A DNA stretch of 64,000 bases from Eutreptiella sp. 'Long Island Sound 2002' (lineage: Eukaryota > Protista > Euglenida): contig OZ038379.1 of NCBI GenBank assembly GCA_964036045.1, forward strand, positions 57,846,001-57,910,000, read 5' to 3'. The notes beneath the pieces were generated by a model, which worked only from the letters and a program-made list of their open reading frames with translations, was not told the origin of the DNA and did no database searches. How positions within the stretch are numbered: the stretch's first letter is position 1; the number at the start of each line of letters is the position of its first letter. This document shows positions 1 through 12,650 of the stretch, piece by piece. The translations under genes and the position numbers were made by a program.

Positions 1-740
1 ACAGATGGCAACGCACAAGGGGTCCATTTGATGCGGAGCGTTCAAATACTGCCGGTGGATTCTGTGACCCGCTCATTTTCGTATAATTTGGCATGGGCAT
101 TGGGGATTTGTCCATCGTGTCAATGATAGCAGTGAATGAATGGGGGACATGAATATTTGGGTGCGGGAAGCACGGCACGATTTTTTGTGGCGGACAATTG
201 TTGGGGGAAAAAGGAAACGTTTTGGAAATATGTGAAAATTTGTGATTTTCGCATTTTCGCCACATTTTTCATCTTCGGCCACTGGCACAGCCCCCATTCC
301 CCCCCCCCCCCCAAAAGCTAATGCAACTGGTCGCTGCATCTTGCTGCCATAAATGATTTCGATGTTGCCACACGAGAGTGCGTATGGAACCTCCTCAGTG
401 CCAGCTGCCTCCCACAATAGTGTGCTCCAGTCCCCCTGCTGGGCTTTTTGTCATCTTTCTAAGCATCAACAGCTACACAGACCCGAACTTGTGGTTGGTC
501 ATTTTTTTACGTTGGAGAGGCCGGTCGTTCTCTCGCAAACGGACGTTGCAAGCAGATGTCTTGGTGATGTCCTTTTCGTCTGTGTGCTTATGGGTTTGAC
601 GCTCCAGAGTATAAATCATATCCTTCATGGTTTCTGTTGTCATGCAGCCAAAAGTCCCAGGAACTCTACAGCGGCCTGCATTCCCGTAAAGCAGATGACG
701 ACGCCTGCAAAGCAGCTGCATTTTGGCGACTGCCCCTCAG

Positions 741-810
741 CATGTTCCCCTAAGAGCGCCCGGGGCCCGCCAAGCCCGACGTATTATGCCTCTGCCTCCC
801 CGCCGTTCAG
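741..810 (+). CDS. Possible upstream exon of the EF-hand gene
   Basis: CCCCTCAG acceptor (731-740) matches the acceptor at 5551-5558. CAG|GTGTTT donor at 811 is phase 1, compatible with the exon starting at 2021. Peptide HVPLRAPGARQARRIMPLPPRRS has no recognisable motif. Confidence 0.2.
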
Positions 811-2020
811 GTGTTTCCCTTGAAGGAGCAGGAGGGATGGCTGCTTTGCCAGCGACGCTGGGCCCATCCGTGAATATCTCTGCATGGCCCCCAAGCAATT
901 GTAACTGAAAAGCCAAGAAGTGCGCAAAATATGCCCCACACAACCCATAAATCGAAAAAACGTTCCCGAGTCGCCGCCTCACGGCACACAGGCATCGACC
1001 CAGAAAGCCATGTGAACAGCAGAGTGTTTCTGCTGAGAAGAGAATGACGAAGAGCTCTGGGAAATACACAGAACACCAGAGTCCACACCACCTGGTGTCT
1101 TGTGGGCTCTGATTTTTGTGTGGTGGGCTGGTGTAAAGCGCCAGGAAAATTGCACTTCATCAAAGAGCACTGGGCAAAAGGTCATTAATGCACGTGCACA
1201 ACCATCAACAACAATGGCCCACATGTTTGGCATGACCCTTGGTGTGTCCCCAAAGCCCCCCCCCCCCAGCTGCCTTTTTCCCTTTGTTCCTCCCGAAGCC
1301 CCGCCCCCACTTTCTTTCTTGGTTTGCCCATTTTCCCTCAAATGTATTTCGCACCGGTGCACAAACGCCTGGTTTTTTTTCTTCTTCAATCAAGGCACAT
1401 CGGGATCAAAGCAGGCGTGTGTCTGGGTGCATTGCGGTTGCATGAGGGTTGCTTTGTGGAGGGGGCCCAGGACACACAGACGCTGGAGGTGTGAACGCAT
1501 AGGTCTCTGGTGCACCCCAGCGTTGCTCTGGGGCCCCGCTGCAAGCATGGCCACAGGGCACGTCTCATTGTCGCCAATTGTCTGGGCCTATCAGACGGGT
1601 TGCCCTGAGGAACGCACCAGGAAGCAGCAGGTGTGGTGCACACACAGAGGTCCATGTGTGTAGGGATGTGCGTGTAGGGGTGTGCGGAAGAGGGATTGTA
1701 GGGACTGCACTGTATGCAGTGTAACACTCTTACCATGACATACCCAGGGCACCACGCTGCCTGGTACGTGCATTAGGGTGTCTTGAACCCCCTCCCTCTG
1801 GAAACCCCCTTTGCATCCGAACCCCCGCGAAGGTGCTCTTTGCACTGAAAATGGCCATTTTGGTGACAGTGTTTTTGGCGGCCTCAGTGACCCTGTGGCT
1901 ACCCCCCGAAAGGGGTGGGAACTGGGATATATCCATCTTGTGCATCTCTCAGGACATCTGCCAGCTGTCACACCCAAAACCCGCCGTTCGACCCACGTCC
2001 TGCTGCACGTGACCCCCTAG

Positions 2021-2340
2021 CCCGACCATTGGGCCAAGCCCGAACCTTCCAGAGGTCAACAGTGTCCGGGGACAGACTGGTCTCTGGCACACACCCAATG
2101 ACGCCGGCATTGGCAAGAATTCCTAGGCCTCCCGCCACTGCCCTTTCCTTTGGCAGCCCTCCATTCGACTCTACCCTACGACCCAGCTCTGCACCCTTCA
2201 CAACAAAGTCACCTTTCAACCCAGTCAAACGCCCCAAATCAGCCCTCATTCAACGGCCGGTGGTTGGTCACATGTCTCCATTTTTGGAGCGCCCAGACGT
2301 GTCACGGGTGATGTTGGAGGATGATGAATTGCACCAGCAG
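2021..2340 (+). CDS. Exon of EF-hand (I/6 autoantigen-like) protein; Pro/Ser-rich region leading into the first EF-hand helix
   Basis: CCCCTAG acceptor ends at 2020; open frame ...ERPDVSRVMLEDDELHQQ; CAG|GT donor at 2341 in phase 0 joins in frame to 5559 (FRALDPKGNDWITKEDF) and completes an EF-hand. Confidence 0.65.
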
Positions 2341-5300
2341 GTGTTCAGTGCCGACTGCCCGAGAATTCATCATGTGTAAGGTGGTGATGTGTCGCTTCTT
2401 TGTTGGTCATCTTAGACGCTGTAGAGGGCATGTCACATGGTGTGTATACGTTATGCGTGTATGCGACATGGATGATGCATAGATTGTGTATGGGTCGGGC
2501 ATGCATAGGATATGGACGATGTGTAGATGGCTTTTGGGTCATCTTTCGAAGGTCATGTTTTTCCGTAGAGATCTTGTCTGTGGGATGAAATTATTAATGG
2601 AGTGGGGTTGCGGGAGGGAGAATACATTGTGTAAGACGCGTGTCCATACTAATTCTCATTCTATCCCCCCAACCCCCCTCTTTGCCACGTCATTTTGACG
2701 TTGCTTGGCCAAATTGTCGGCCATGGTTGCAATACGATGGGGACAAGATGTGGTGTCAAGCATGTTGTTTACACCGCGCACAAGCAAGGGGGCGAAGATG
2801 GAATGGATTCAGGGTATTTCCAATTTTCACAAGGGAAGGGTGGGGTGCATTCTGATCCTGCAACAACAAGCCATTTCCGGCGACCAAAATTGAGCGGATG
2901 TTGCTGCATCATATTTTGCATTTGCATTGAGGAGCTGGAATGGGAACGCCCAGTTTCTTCTCTTCCCCGGTCGCCATCCTTGTCCATGCTGTCCCACCCA
3001 AACAATCACAGTAGTGCTGGGATTTTTGTTTGCCGCAATGAGTGTGCACTGCCCACTCTGTCTCTCTTACAACCCCTGACATTGCCCCACTAGAGTTGCC
3101 ATGCGTCCCCTGAAACAACAATAGACTTCCTTTGGATGCAACACCACTTTTGGGGTGTGGGTGGTGGTTGCTGTCGTCAAAAACCATATGTTCTTGTTAT
3201 TCCAAAACGACACGAGAGTGCCATGGAATCAATTTGTCACGCAGCAAACAGCAACACCGACATCTAGCGACCTGCGTCAAAGTTTGGGACCACATCTGGT
3301 GGGCCTGTGGCTTGAGATTGCCCTCACATTAGGCGGCCATCCGGCATGCCAGAAATTAATTAGATTAAGCGCAAGTGTTAGCCACTCATATCATCTCTCT
3401 GATCGTAGTGCCTCGTACTGCCCAGCCCACCCTCTGTCTCTTGTACCCGCTCCTTGTAGTTGGCCTCAACCTGTCCATTGCAGGTGCCTACATACCAACA
3501 AGTGGGCTTGATGTTGTGCCACTTCATGTGCCCACCAGTTTCGAATGGAGGCTTGCCTCTTTGAACAGGGTGCTTGGACTGCATTAGACATGCAAGCACA
3601 GCACACACGCCCGTACGCACGCACGTAGGTGCGCACACGTGTCCATGTGTGTGTGTGTGTGTTCATGTGTGCATGTGTGTGGGACCACCGTATTTTATAG
3701 GGAACTAGCTGTTTTCGCTCAGCTGTGCCTTCGTGGTCCTTGGGCCTAACAGCGGATCCCCTTGCAATGAGCCCCTTGGTTTGCCTTGATCTGTTGTTGG
3801 ACCAGTGGACTGGAACCCTGCTACAGCCACCAGCCGCTGTCGTTGGCCGGGTTTGAACTCCTGCTGAAGAGTTTGTGGCTCCCAGCCTGCTAGCTCCATG
3901 GAAAATTTTAGCCACACCGATTGTAGGGACCCATCTCTAGGCAGGAAGTTCCCTACTGATGGGCCAGCCCAGCGTTGTATTTCTTGGGGGCGCACTCAGC
4001 GCAGTGCGCGCACAGTGCAAGGACGCCCCCCTGGGTCGGAAATCCCACAGGGTGAATTTTACAAGTGGATGAATTGCTGGTGTTTACAAGTGGATGCATC
4101 GCCGACAGTGCCGAAGTGGGGGCTTTTCCAGATGTTGGTGGAAATTGTGGGACCTGTCTGTCAGAACTGTAAAAATCTGACAGCCGCTTGACCAAAAACA
4201 GTCAACTGAATACATGTGTGGCATCATGACAAGGAGCCAAATCCAGGGATGGCATATGGGCAAAAGTTTTACTGAACAATGGTCTGTTCCAATCCTGCCA
4301 GTCTGTTGGTTTGTCAGCTGATAGTGCAGTGGCATTTTCCATTTTGGATGTCATTGGACATTTTTCTTCCCATCAGGGTTTTAGTGGGCCAGGGATCTGA
4401 TGCATTGCTGCTGTAGTTACTAGCGGTGCTGTTCCTCCTTGTCCTTGTGTCCAGACTCTGAGTGCACGAGACTCTAGAACAATCTAGGGAATCCACTCCC
4501 CTATAGTGATTGCAGGACCATTTCTTTCATAGTCTAAGGCTAAGGTTATCTTCACAGATGCATGCACCCATGCGCGCTCACACACATGTACACATGCAGG
4601 TGCACATGGATGCATGCATGCTTGTGGCGGGAACATTGCAGGGCGCACCCTTGGCACCAGCTGCAGTACCCTTGGCACAAATACAAGGCATGGTAGTGCA
4701 GGAGCTGGGTTCCCTGCCCAAGGATTAGAAGTGTGGCCCAGATTTTATGCCACAGCTGCTGCCATGATTATCTGCACCAACACCCCAACAGCAACTTGGG
4801 TTCCCAAGGGGCACCTGCAGGTCTCCTTCATGGATTTGGCTTTGGGTTTTGAGGCCTCTGCAGAGCAGCCACTGCCACAGGCCCGTAGGCAAAGTACATC
4901 AGGTGCTGGATTCTGCTCCAAGATGAAGGTAATTGCTTAGGCTTGCACTCACTCTCATGGGTCGCACGGCAAGGGGGGGTTGGGATTAGTGGGGGGGCTG
5001 CTCTCAACACCTACAGGTCTTTCTCTCTAGTCCTCCGCCTCCAGGAGCAGGACTGGTGATGAAATTGAATAGGTACCCTCTTTTCACCAAACCACACACG
5101 ATGCAGCAACATCAGGTGGGTACAACAATACGGTGAGCCATGGGCAGCTCAACAAAAGTCCAGGGCATCACACCAGCAGAATAAACGACAACTGGGACAA
5201 GGCAGTTGCAATGGGAGCTGGGCATGTTTGAGCACGGACTGAAGTCACGGAGGCCCCATGCCAAAGGAAGTTCTCACCAAGGCAGGGCGACAGGCCTGGA

Positions 5301-5558
5301 CCTGGATCTGCTAAAGCCCGAGTGCCGCGAGGACATGAACAGAGCACTCATATTGCACACGTAACCCTGGTGAACCATGTTGCCTGTCATGCTCTCCCCT
5401 ATGCAAGTATGCACACGCACTCACACCCTCAGGCATATGCACACCCATGCAAGCACACACCCCTTGCCCACATCTTCTTACTACTCCTCCGCCCTCTTCA
5501 TAAACCCCGGCCCACCTGTCGCCTACATCTGCTCTCATATGCCCTTGTCGCCCCTCAG
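2341..5558 (+). other. Predicted conventional GT-AG intron (~3.2 kb)
   Basis: GT at 2341 and CCCCTCAG ending at 5558; phase-0 splicing gives DDELHQQ/FRALDPKGND. Confidence 0.6.
2684..2780 (+). mobile_element. Possible TTF-type zinc finger remnant (hAT-transposase-like) inside the intron
   Basis: Peptide FDVAWPNCRPWLQYDGDKMWCQACC resembles the PWLxY...MxCxxC pattern of ZnF_TTF domains; downstream frames are disrupted. Confidence 0.3.
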
Positions 5559-5756
5559 TTTAGAGCCTTGGACCCCAAGGGCAACGACTGGATCACGAAG
5601 GAAGACTTTTACGCACTGTACGACGAAATGGACTTCTTCGGAGCCCATGAGCCTTCAAGCCTCAGCAAAGAACTTGCACAATACAATATGTTGGGGCACG
5701 ACAAACTGTCTTATGAGGAGTTCAGTTTAGTCATGCTGAAGCTGGCACAACGGTAA
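5559..5756 (+). CDS. Terminal exon of a two-EF-hand protein similar to the kinetoplastid cytoskeletal I/6 autoantigen family
   Basis: FRALDPKGNDWITKEDFY (EF-loop DxxGNDWI) and YNMLGHDKLSYEEFSLVMLKLAQR-stop; the C-terminus resembles I/6-type proteins as I recall them; canonical AG acceptor. Confidence 0.85.
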   Translation, partial: FRALDPKGNDWITKEDFYALYDEMDFFGAHEPSSLSKELAQYNMLGHDKLSYEEFSLVMLKLAQR

Positions 5757-6488
5757 AGGCTTGTGCAGAGACACTGGGCTCAGAACACTGTATGAGCTCA
5801 GCCGGTGTTCTTACCCCCGTGTTGCAGACCACATCGTCTGTGGTTGTTGCTGATGAACATCCAGTGCCTGCCCATGTGTCTGTTGGGCGCCACAATACTC
5901 ACCACGAACTTAACCCACGACTGGGGGGGGGGGGGTTGCCAAGGAGATTTAGGTGCGATGTAGGTGGATAAAAAGGGGGTGGGTGACTGGGGGACCAGTG
6001 GGGGAGTCATGGATGTAGCCGATGAAGGGCAGCGGCGGTGATTTCATCCAAGTTCAGAGCTAGAAACTGCCTCTTGCACAGCTGCATTGGGCATTCGGCC
6101 TCTGGAGGTCTGGTGCAGGAATCCCCCCCTCCCCTCTCCTCAACGGAGAGGCCATTCGAGTGTGGTGCCCTCTGGGCCCCCTCGTCTACACGGGCTGTAG
6201 CACCGCAGCTAGCACCGGCGGTTCCGAGGGCAGGGAAGCACTCTGTGTGGGGCCCCTTCACCTGCCCAGAGTACGCCCCAAGCCGTGGGAAACCGGATCC
6301 AGCTCATGTGGCAGCACCACCTGTGCCGGATGACAGTCAAGGAGTGTCTTGGGGTGCACTGTGTGCAGCCCTAGAGCCGTAAAATGTGGGGCACATGGGG
6401 CGATTATTGGAACCCCAATCACGGGGATTTTTTTTCATTGGAATAAGGTCAAACAGGAGATGTCACCTAGATCAGCAGACTTATAAAT

Positions 6489-6536
6489 GTTTACGGCGGC
6501 AGTGCCGTAAACGTTTATGGCACTGCCGCTGTAAAC
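6489..6536. repeat. 48-bp near-perfect palindrome made of two internal hairpins
   Basis: GTTTACGGCGGCAGTGCCGTAAAC followed by GTTTATGGCACTGCCGCTGTAAAC, its reverse complement with two CpG-to-TpG changes. Confidence 0.9.
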
Positions 6537-7457
6537 TGGCAGGGGTGTGGGAGGGCAATCAGTCAGTCGGCAGGGAGAAATGAAACCCGCCCAGGAGAAT
6601 AGAAACTACACCCCCTTTCATGTGTATGTCTTTCCTCACGGGCACACACAAGCTCAGTATGACGTGGACTGCAAACGCCTGACTCAAGCAGGCGAGGTGT
6701 TTTGCATGCAGGATCAGGTGGAGGGCAGAGATGGACTTAGGGGATGGGTGATGGGGAATCTGCATAGTCTGCGGGGGGGTTTTCAGAGAGGCCAATGTGT
6801 ATTGTAGTTTGTCTGTCAACCCCTAGCCCCTGATACAGATGATGTCAACTGTTTATTATCATGAATGATTGATGGTGCAGAAGGAGAACAGAGATAGTTT
6901 TCCCACACTCCTCACTTATCGTCGAGCAGCATTTTCCCCGACCTGTGGTCAATTGTATGTATGCTGTGAGCGACGTAAATACCTATGGTGCAAGCGCCAT
7001 AAAAAGCAATTGTTACAGGCTCTATGCTAGAAAGCCTTCCAGAAGATATTCATTGGTTCATAACATATGTTTTGCACCGAGTAAGAAATCAAATTGTTTC
7101 CTTCTTGGTTGGGCCATGCACGGGTTCCCTCAACATCCTATTTTGTAGGCGTGTCATCACGATGTGGTTTTATGGCATCAGCCTACATTGGCACCAATAC
7201 AAACACGCGCCCAAGCCCTCCTTGCATACTCTATTCGCAGTCAAATGGGGAAATTGAGTACATGGGGGGGGGGGGGGGCAGAAAATGGGCCTATGAACCG
7301 GTTGCTATTCGCCTGTGGGCTGAAACATAACGCGGGCGGCACTTGTGCCATAAAAGAACAGTTGTCAGAAGCTAGACAACAAAAAAGCTAGGACAAAAGC
7401 AGTTAGTTGATTGCCAGAGGTGTTTCACAAGCGACTAATGATGAACCAAACTTCTAC

Positions 7458-7550
7458 CTTGGGGGGCTCCAGTTTTGTGGCTGTTGCACAATTTTTCCGT
7501 TGCTCTTGTTTTGTAGGGGTGCTGTTAAATTATGTTTTTGGTTGCACCGC
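7458..7550 (-). CDS. Candidate exon of an uncharacterised minus-strand gene
   Basis: TGTGCAG acceptor and AG|GTAGAAG donor, phase 2/2; peptide RCNQKHNLTAPLQNKSNGKIVQQPQNWSPP. Confidence 0.3.
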
Positions 7551-8879
7551 CTGCACATAGAAGCAATGGGTATTGGTGGCCAAGCCCTCCATGTGCACTG
7601 CTTTGTGTGCCTCGTGCTACCACCACACTTGCAAAAAGTGGGCTACTCTCCCAAATGGCCTTTGTTTGACAAACATGATTTTTGCACTGAAAATCCTTTT
7701 TCCGGCTAGAAAACAACGTTACGCTTATAACTATTTATGGTGTTGGCACCGTAAATACATTGACCGTAGGTAGGGGAAAATGTTGGGCAACAAGAAGTGA
7801 GGGGTGAGGGAACGCTTCAGCGTTAGTTGGAGTGAAAGAAACTATTATGTCAAGCAGCTTTTCAAATTTGCCCTTTGTTCCGCTGTTCTATTTGTTGTGC
7901 CGTGCGTCATTTCCCTTGCAGTCACCTCTAACGTGACAACCCATGGGGGGTGCTGTTTACTAGTGTGTCCATTTACCATGGGCAGACAGGGGGATCACAC
8001 TTAGCATTCCTTCGTGGCACAAGTGGACTATGCAGACCCATCCCCCTTTGTCTGTCTCTACCCTCCTCCATCATGCAGAACAAACGTGCTTTGATTGTAC
8101 CCCGGTGTTCAATATAGCAGAAGAATGGCCACATTTTTGCAACGCCAACACCATGAACTTTTACGAAAGTAGCAGTCCGCACAAGGGTGATTTTGAGCTT
8201 CGAATTCATAATTTTGCCACATTGTTTGGGACATCTTTCTTCCAAATGTCCAACTCGTAATCAACCGTTCATTGAAGTGTCTACTGGATGATCATTCATC
8301 CTTAGGATGTCTCTCGTTTTCAATGCCTTCTTGGTCTCGTAACTACTGCTTCCTAGCAATTCTGAACAAGGTTTGGGTCCTGCAAAATTAGGTTTGCAAT
8401 GCCACTCAAACTGTGTTTTTCAAACAAAACTAGAAGCCGTCATCATGTGGAAATTGTGCCAAAACGCCAAGAATTGCGGCGTTGACGCCGTAAACTTTTC
8501 GTTGACTACGCATTTGTGTCCCACAGGTCGAAAGCCCTGTCATGCACATGTTTTGCAAAAAGAAAGTGTTTTTTTTACGCCCCGAGTCCCAGAAAGGGAG
8601 TCCTAGGAAGGTATGATCCTCTTGCAAGGTAACGTCGGGTCCTGCCCCCCTTGTTCTTACCCGTGCAAGAGGGCCGTGGCAAGGTGGTCGGGTCGGGGGG
8701 GGGGGGGGGGGGGCATGGTGGCTGTGGGTGGTCCGACTGTGCGGGTCCTAGGACGCCGCCTAACCCCCCCCCCCCCAAGGGGCCTCCGGCCAACAATTAG
8801 TTGTCAAAGGTACCAGCCTAAGGAGTCTAAGATGGTCTACAAGCATGAGAACCCCATGTCTCTATATACTCTCATATAA

Positions 8880-9190
8880 CGCTTTGAGCGCTAGATCGTG
8901 CAAGATGAGGCGCTACACCACTGTCATTTGTTACTCTTTGAAGATCCCGCCCTCGAAGCCGAGCCCCGGCAAGAGGTAGCAGTTGGTGTGGGGGAAAAAT
9001 TTTGCCGGGCCGCGATAATGTCAGACCCAGCGCCCGTTTTGCCAACAATTTGCCCGGCCTATAGCTAATGCTACGCACTGTAATGTGAACTACTGCACTA
9101 AGTTGTTCCATGATACCATCCATGCTTTGAGCGCCAGATCGTGCAAGACCAGGCACCATACGAATGTTGAAGAGGCAAGCAACCACCCGA
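8880..9190 (-). pseudogene. Degenerate coding fragment with an internal repeat; homologous sequence at ~47335-47395
   Basis: Direct repeat TTTGAGCGCYAGATCGTGCAAGA at ~8883 and ~9127; the minus frame reads TFVWCLVLHDLALKA...FEGGIFKE*QMTVV*RLILHDLALKA; ~47300-47400 reads FEGGIFNEQQTTFVECLILPDL. Confidence 0.35.
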
Positions 9191-9301
9191 TATGATTTTG
9201 ATAGCTCATCCAGCGTGGGTGACTTGTTTAAGTAAGGGCTTTTTCCGGTGCCCTTCTGAGCCGGTGGCCTCCCCCATCCCTCCCCTTCTTAGTTCAATCC
9301 A

Positions 9302-9403
9302 TAGAAAGTGTTCCAAGTAACGACTCTTGGTCTTAGGCCCTTCCCTGGAAATCGTTCCAAGTAGCCACTCTTGGTCGTAGGCCCTTCCCTAGAAAGTTGT
9401 CCC
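9302..9403. repeat. 44-bp tandem repeat, ~2.3 copies
   Basis: TAGAAAGTGTTCCAAGTAACGACTCTTGGTCTTAGGCCCTTCCC then TGGAAATCGTTCCAAGTAGCCACTCTTGGTCGTAGGCCCTTCCC then TAGAAAGT. Confidence 0.85.
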
Positions 9404-10381
9404 TACCTATATATTTGTGTGTGTGTATTGCACCATCATGTCACTCTAATCCCATGATTGCCTCAGGAGCCCACTCCCTTGAGATTCCCCGTGTGGCTGG
9501 GAATACCCAAGCCGATGACACCCTACCCACTAATGGGTCAAGGGGCCGTGTGAACTGTGGGATCACACCTAGGCCGCATACCCAACTATTTGGAGGTCCG
9601 TCCCCCCCTGAGCAAAACCCCTCCAGACCCCCCCGCGATCGCCCCCTCCAAGAACCCCCCCCCCTCCCAGAACCCCCCCCCCCCCCGCGCTTCCAGAAGA
9701 CCCATCCCTCCCGGGGTCCGTCGTTCTAAAGCCGGAAGAGTCCAACCCAACTCAACCCAACCCCCCCCAACCCAACCCCCCCCCTAGGGGGCCTCCCACC
9801 AACGGTTAGTGGGGGGGGGGCTAGTTGGCGTCCAACCCGAGGAGTTCCCCCCCCCCCCCCCGTGATGGTGGCACACCTACTGGCACCACAATTGGTTGTT
9901 GTCAGGGTTATGTATGCCTGGTGCCCCAAGCCCCGGCAAGGAGGCTAGGGAGCTTGACGCCGAGCTCACCAGGGGAGATGTGGGCCTAAGCTCACAATCT
10001 CCACATCACAACAACAAGCTATCCAACCGCTCCACGACTGCCTGTCAGTATGGGAATGGTGGTGGCACGGGGCATGACTGAGGTTGGACCCGCACTCTTG
10101 GGGTGCAATCTGCGCACACGTAGAGCCATAAAGCCCCAAACACACAGAGGCACGGCGGTGTCTCCTGCCTGCAAGCACCACCGTGGGTCTAGGGGCTGTC
10201 AGTAGTCTGGCATGACCTGCAACCGGACGCCTGGGTACGTCACGCCCAGTTGAGTCCCGCAGCGAAGGCGGGGCGGACCGTGGGGCAAAGGCGACCATAA
10301 GAGGAGAACCCAACCCAACCCATCTCAACCCAATCCCCCTCTCCTTCGCATGTAGGCGGATGTCGTTGGCTCCGATTCCAC

Positions 10382-10615
10382 CTGTGCACAACCGCCATCG
10401 AAGAGGCCGATGCATTCATGATTTGCACATGTTGTGTGAGCAATCTAAGGCCCTTGTATTCCTTTGAGGGAGTAAGTGCATCCCCGGTGTCAGTCATCGC
10501 ATTCAACAAAAGGAAGGAAAAATCGTTCTTTTTGCCTGAGCTGCACTGTTTCTCACAGCAGCATTGAAGGAATATTGCAGAGCCTTCGGCCGTGGTTGCC
10601 TTTGAGCTTGGCACT
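10382..10615 (-). CDS. Candidate exon of an uncharacterised minus-strand gene
   Basis: CTGACAG acceptor and CAG|GTGGAA donor, phase 2/2; open 77-codon frame VPSSKATTAEGSAIFLQCCCEKQC...LRLLTQHVQIMNASASSMAVVH. Confidence 0.45.
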
Positions 10616-12139
10616 CTGTCAGAATTGTGATCCGGCCTTGCTCAGAGGAAACAAGCGAATGAATGGGAGTGCTCCTGTGTGGGTGTGTGGCTGGGAAGAT
10701 CCACCACGCCTCGATTTATGTTATATATGTCGTTGTCTATCTACAGACACGATGGGCCCATGCAGTGCATTATTGTTGTGGTCCAACGTAAAGCCTCTCT
10801 GCAACAACATTGTACAGGCGCTGATGAGCGGCACCAGGTCTTCATCAGCTCAACAAAACCTCCGTTGTATCTGGCTTTGATATGTGTACATAGGTAAGGC
10901 AGCCGTGGTCTCCACGGCCCCATCTGCCCATGCAAACTCCGGCTCTCATCAATCCTGTGCGGGCAACCGGCCTTGCCTTTCTCGGCCGGGACTGGCACTA
11001 GTGGTTTGGCATCAATCAAAATGCAAGTGAAGTACTGTCGTCGGCTGACTGAAGGCGGTTGCTGTTGCGCAGACTTGGTGGACTGACGGGTTGATGGTCG
11101 TTCGATGGCACATGTGCGGGTTGACCGGACAGTTTCCAGAGGCTCAGCCGTCGCAGAGCCCCAACTTACACACTCCAGACTGCTGTGCAATGATCACGAG
11201 CCGTCACCCAATGCTTCTGTCCATCCGTCCTCATCCGCAGAGTCCCCGGACTAACATCCGTTGGTGGTTAATAGCTAGCCATTGGCGGACATTTGTGGAT
11301 GGTGACAAACCTCACGAGACCCAACAATTTGTTTTTGGACGGGGGCGTTCTGCAAGGCCCTGCCCTGTCCGGGGGATGATCCTGCTTCCCCCCCCCCCCA
11401 CACACAAAGACATCGCAAGCCCTACGCCTCTTCTTTTCCACGGTGCCCTCTTCTCAGCCGCAGATTGCTCTCCGTACCCTCAGCCCTGACCCGTCCCTCA
11501 CACACATCAGACTCAAGGCCTTTATACCTCCGCTTTGTGTCAGGACCGGCAGAAGGATCTCGTTTCATAGGTTGAGGTGAGGAACCCGGGCTGCTTGTGG
11601 GAACCCGATGAGGAGATGGGAAGGCAGAGCGGACGGCGCATTCTGAGTGTCTTCACAGCTTGAACAACGTTGGGGGAATAGCACGGGGATTGGGCCGGTG
11701 AACATGTTGTTCCGCCTGCCAATTGTGGAGCATTCCGCCGCTTGAACCATCATGTGACATTCCATTGAGTTCTAGAAGAGGCTGTGGCTGTAAGTCTTTC
11801 CAAATCATCTGGTCTGTAGGTTTACGCTCTACAATGTACACACGCAGGCTCATGGGTCCTGGTGCAGGGTCTCGTCGGTCATACGAAGGATACCCCTCCT
11901 TCAATAGAATGCTCTGGGTGGTGGCCCCTCGATGTGAAATGTCCATATGAAACCCAAAGGGTGCCTCCCACATTTGCCGGCTGCCCCTCTTTCCCCCCCT
12001 TCTTCCGGACAGGGGGTGTTTGGGACCCTGTGTGAGTTGCGAGAGGCGGCTGTGTGACAGTGACGGAAAAGTATTCCCTTTTTTCTCTGGTACGCCCTTG
12101 TCTGAGGTGCAGTCGGCGTTGTTGAACCCCCAACCCCCC

Positions 12140-12300
12140 TAATAGTGTGCTGTGTGGGGATGTGGCGTCCGGGGTTGTGGTGTGTGGGTCTGTGGTGTGT
12201 GGGGATGTGGTTTCTAGGGCTGTGGTGTGTGGCGCTATGATGTGTGGGGCTATCCTGTGTGGGGTCGTGTGTGGGGTTGTGCTGTGTGGGGCCTGTTTGT
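12140..12300. repeat. Degenerate GTGTG(G)-type low-complexity repeat
   Basis: Repeated GTGTGGGG/GTGTGTGG units. Confidence 0.7.
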
Positions 12301-12477
12301 GGATGGGCCTATGTACAAATTCGTAATTGAGCGGCACATCTGTATCCCGCACGGCTCCCATTTTGAGTCCTCAGAACGGCAAATTGTATTTCGGTTTTGT
12401 TGCCACTGTTGCTGAAAGCACCATTCTGTCTTCTCCACAGGGCTGGTCTTCGTGGGGAGAGTTGGTGGTTGGGGGGT

Positions 12478-12647
12478 GCACAACAGTACACCGAGATTCC
12501 TGCCCCGACTGCCGACCACAGTCCTCTGCACAGTGTGTGCGGGCTTGCCGGACTGCCCCTTTGCACAACAGTACACCGAGATTCCTGCCCCGACTGCCGA
12601 CCACAGTCCTCTGCACAGTGTGTGCGGGCTTGCCGGACTGCCCCTTT
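12478..12647. repeat. Exact 85-bp tandem duplication
   Basis: GCACAACAGTACACCGAGATT...GGACTGCCCCTTT occurs at 12478-12562 and 12563-12647. Confidence 0.95.
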
Positions 12648-12650
12648 GGC

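Noticed and set aside
10821-10827. CTGATGA hammerhead core (also 20908-20914)
   Set aside because: No correctly placed GAAA and stems; the 10821 copy is simply one arm of an 8-bp hairpin.
11641-11652. TTCTGAGTGTCT match to the Euglena spliced-leader exon as I recall it (also TCTGAGTGTCT at 16498-16508)
   Set aside because: Only 11-12 nt; lacks the following ATTTTTTTTCG and GT donor, with no SL-RNA context.
9302-12647. CRISPR-like arrays (44-bp and 85-bp repeats)
   Set aside because: Head-to-tail repeats with no unique spacers, no cas genes, and a eukaryotic context.
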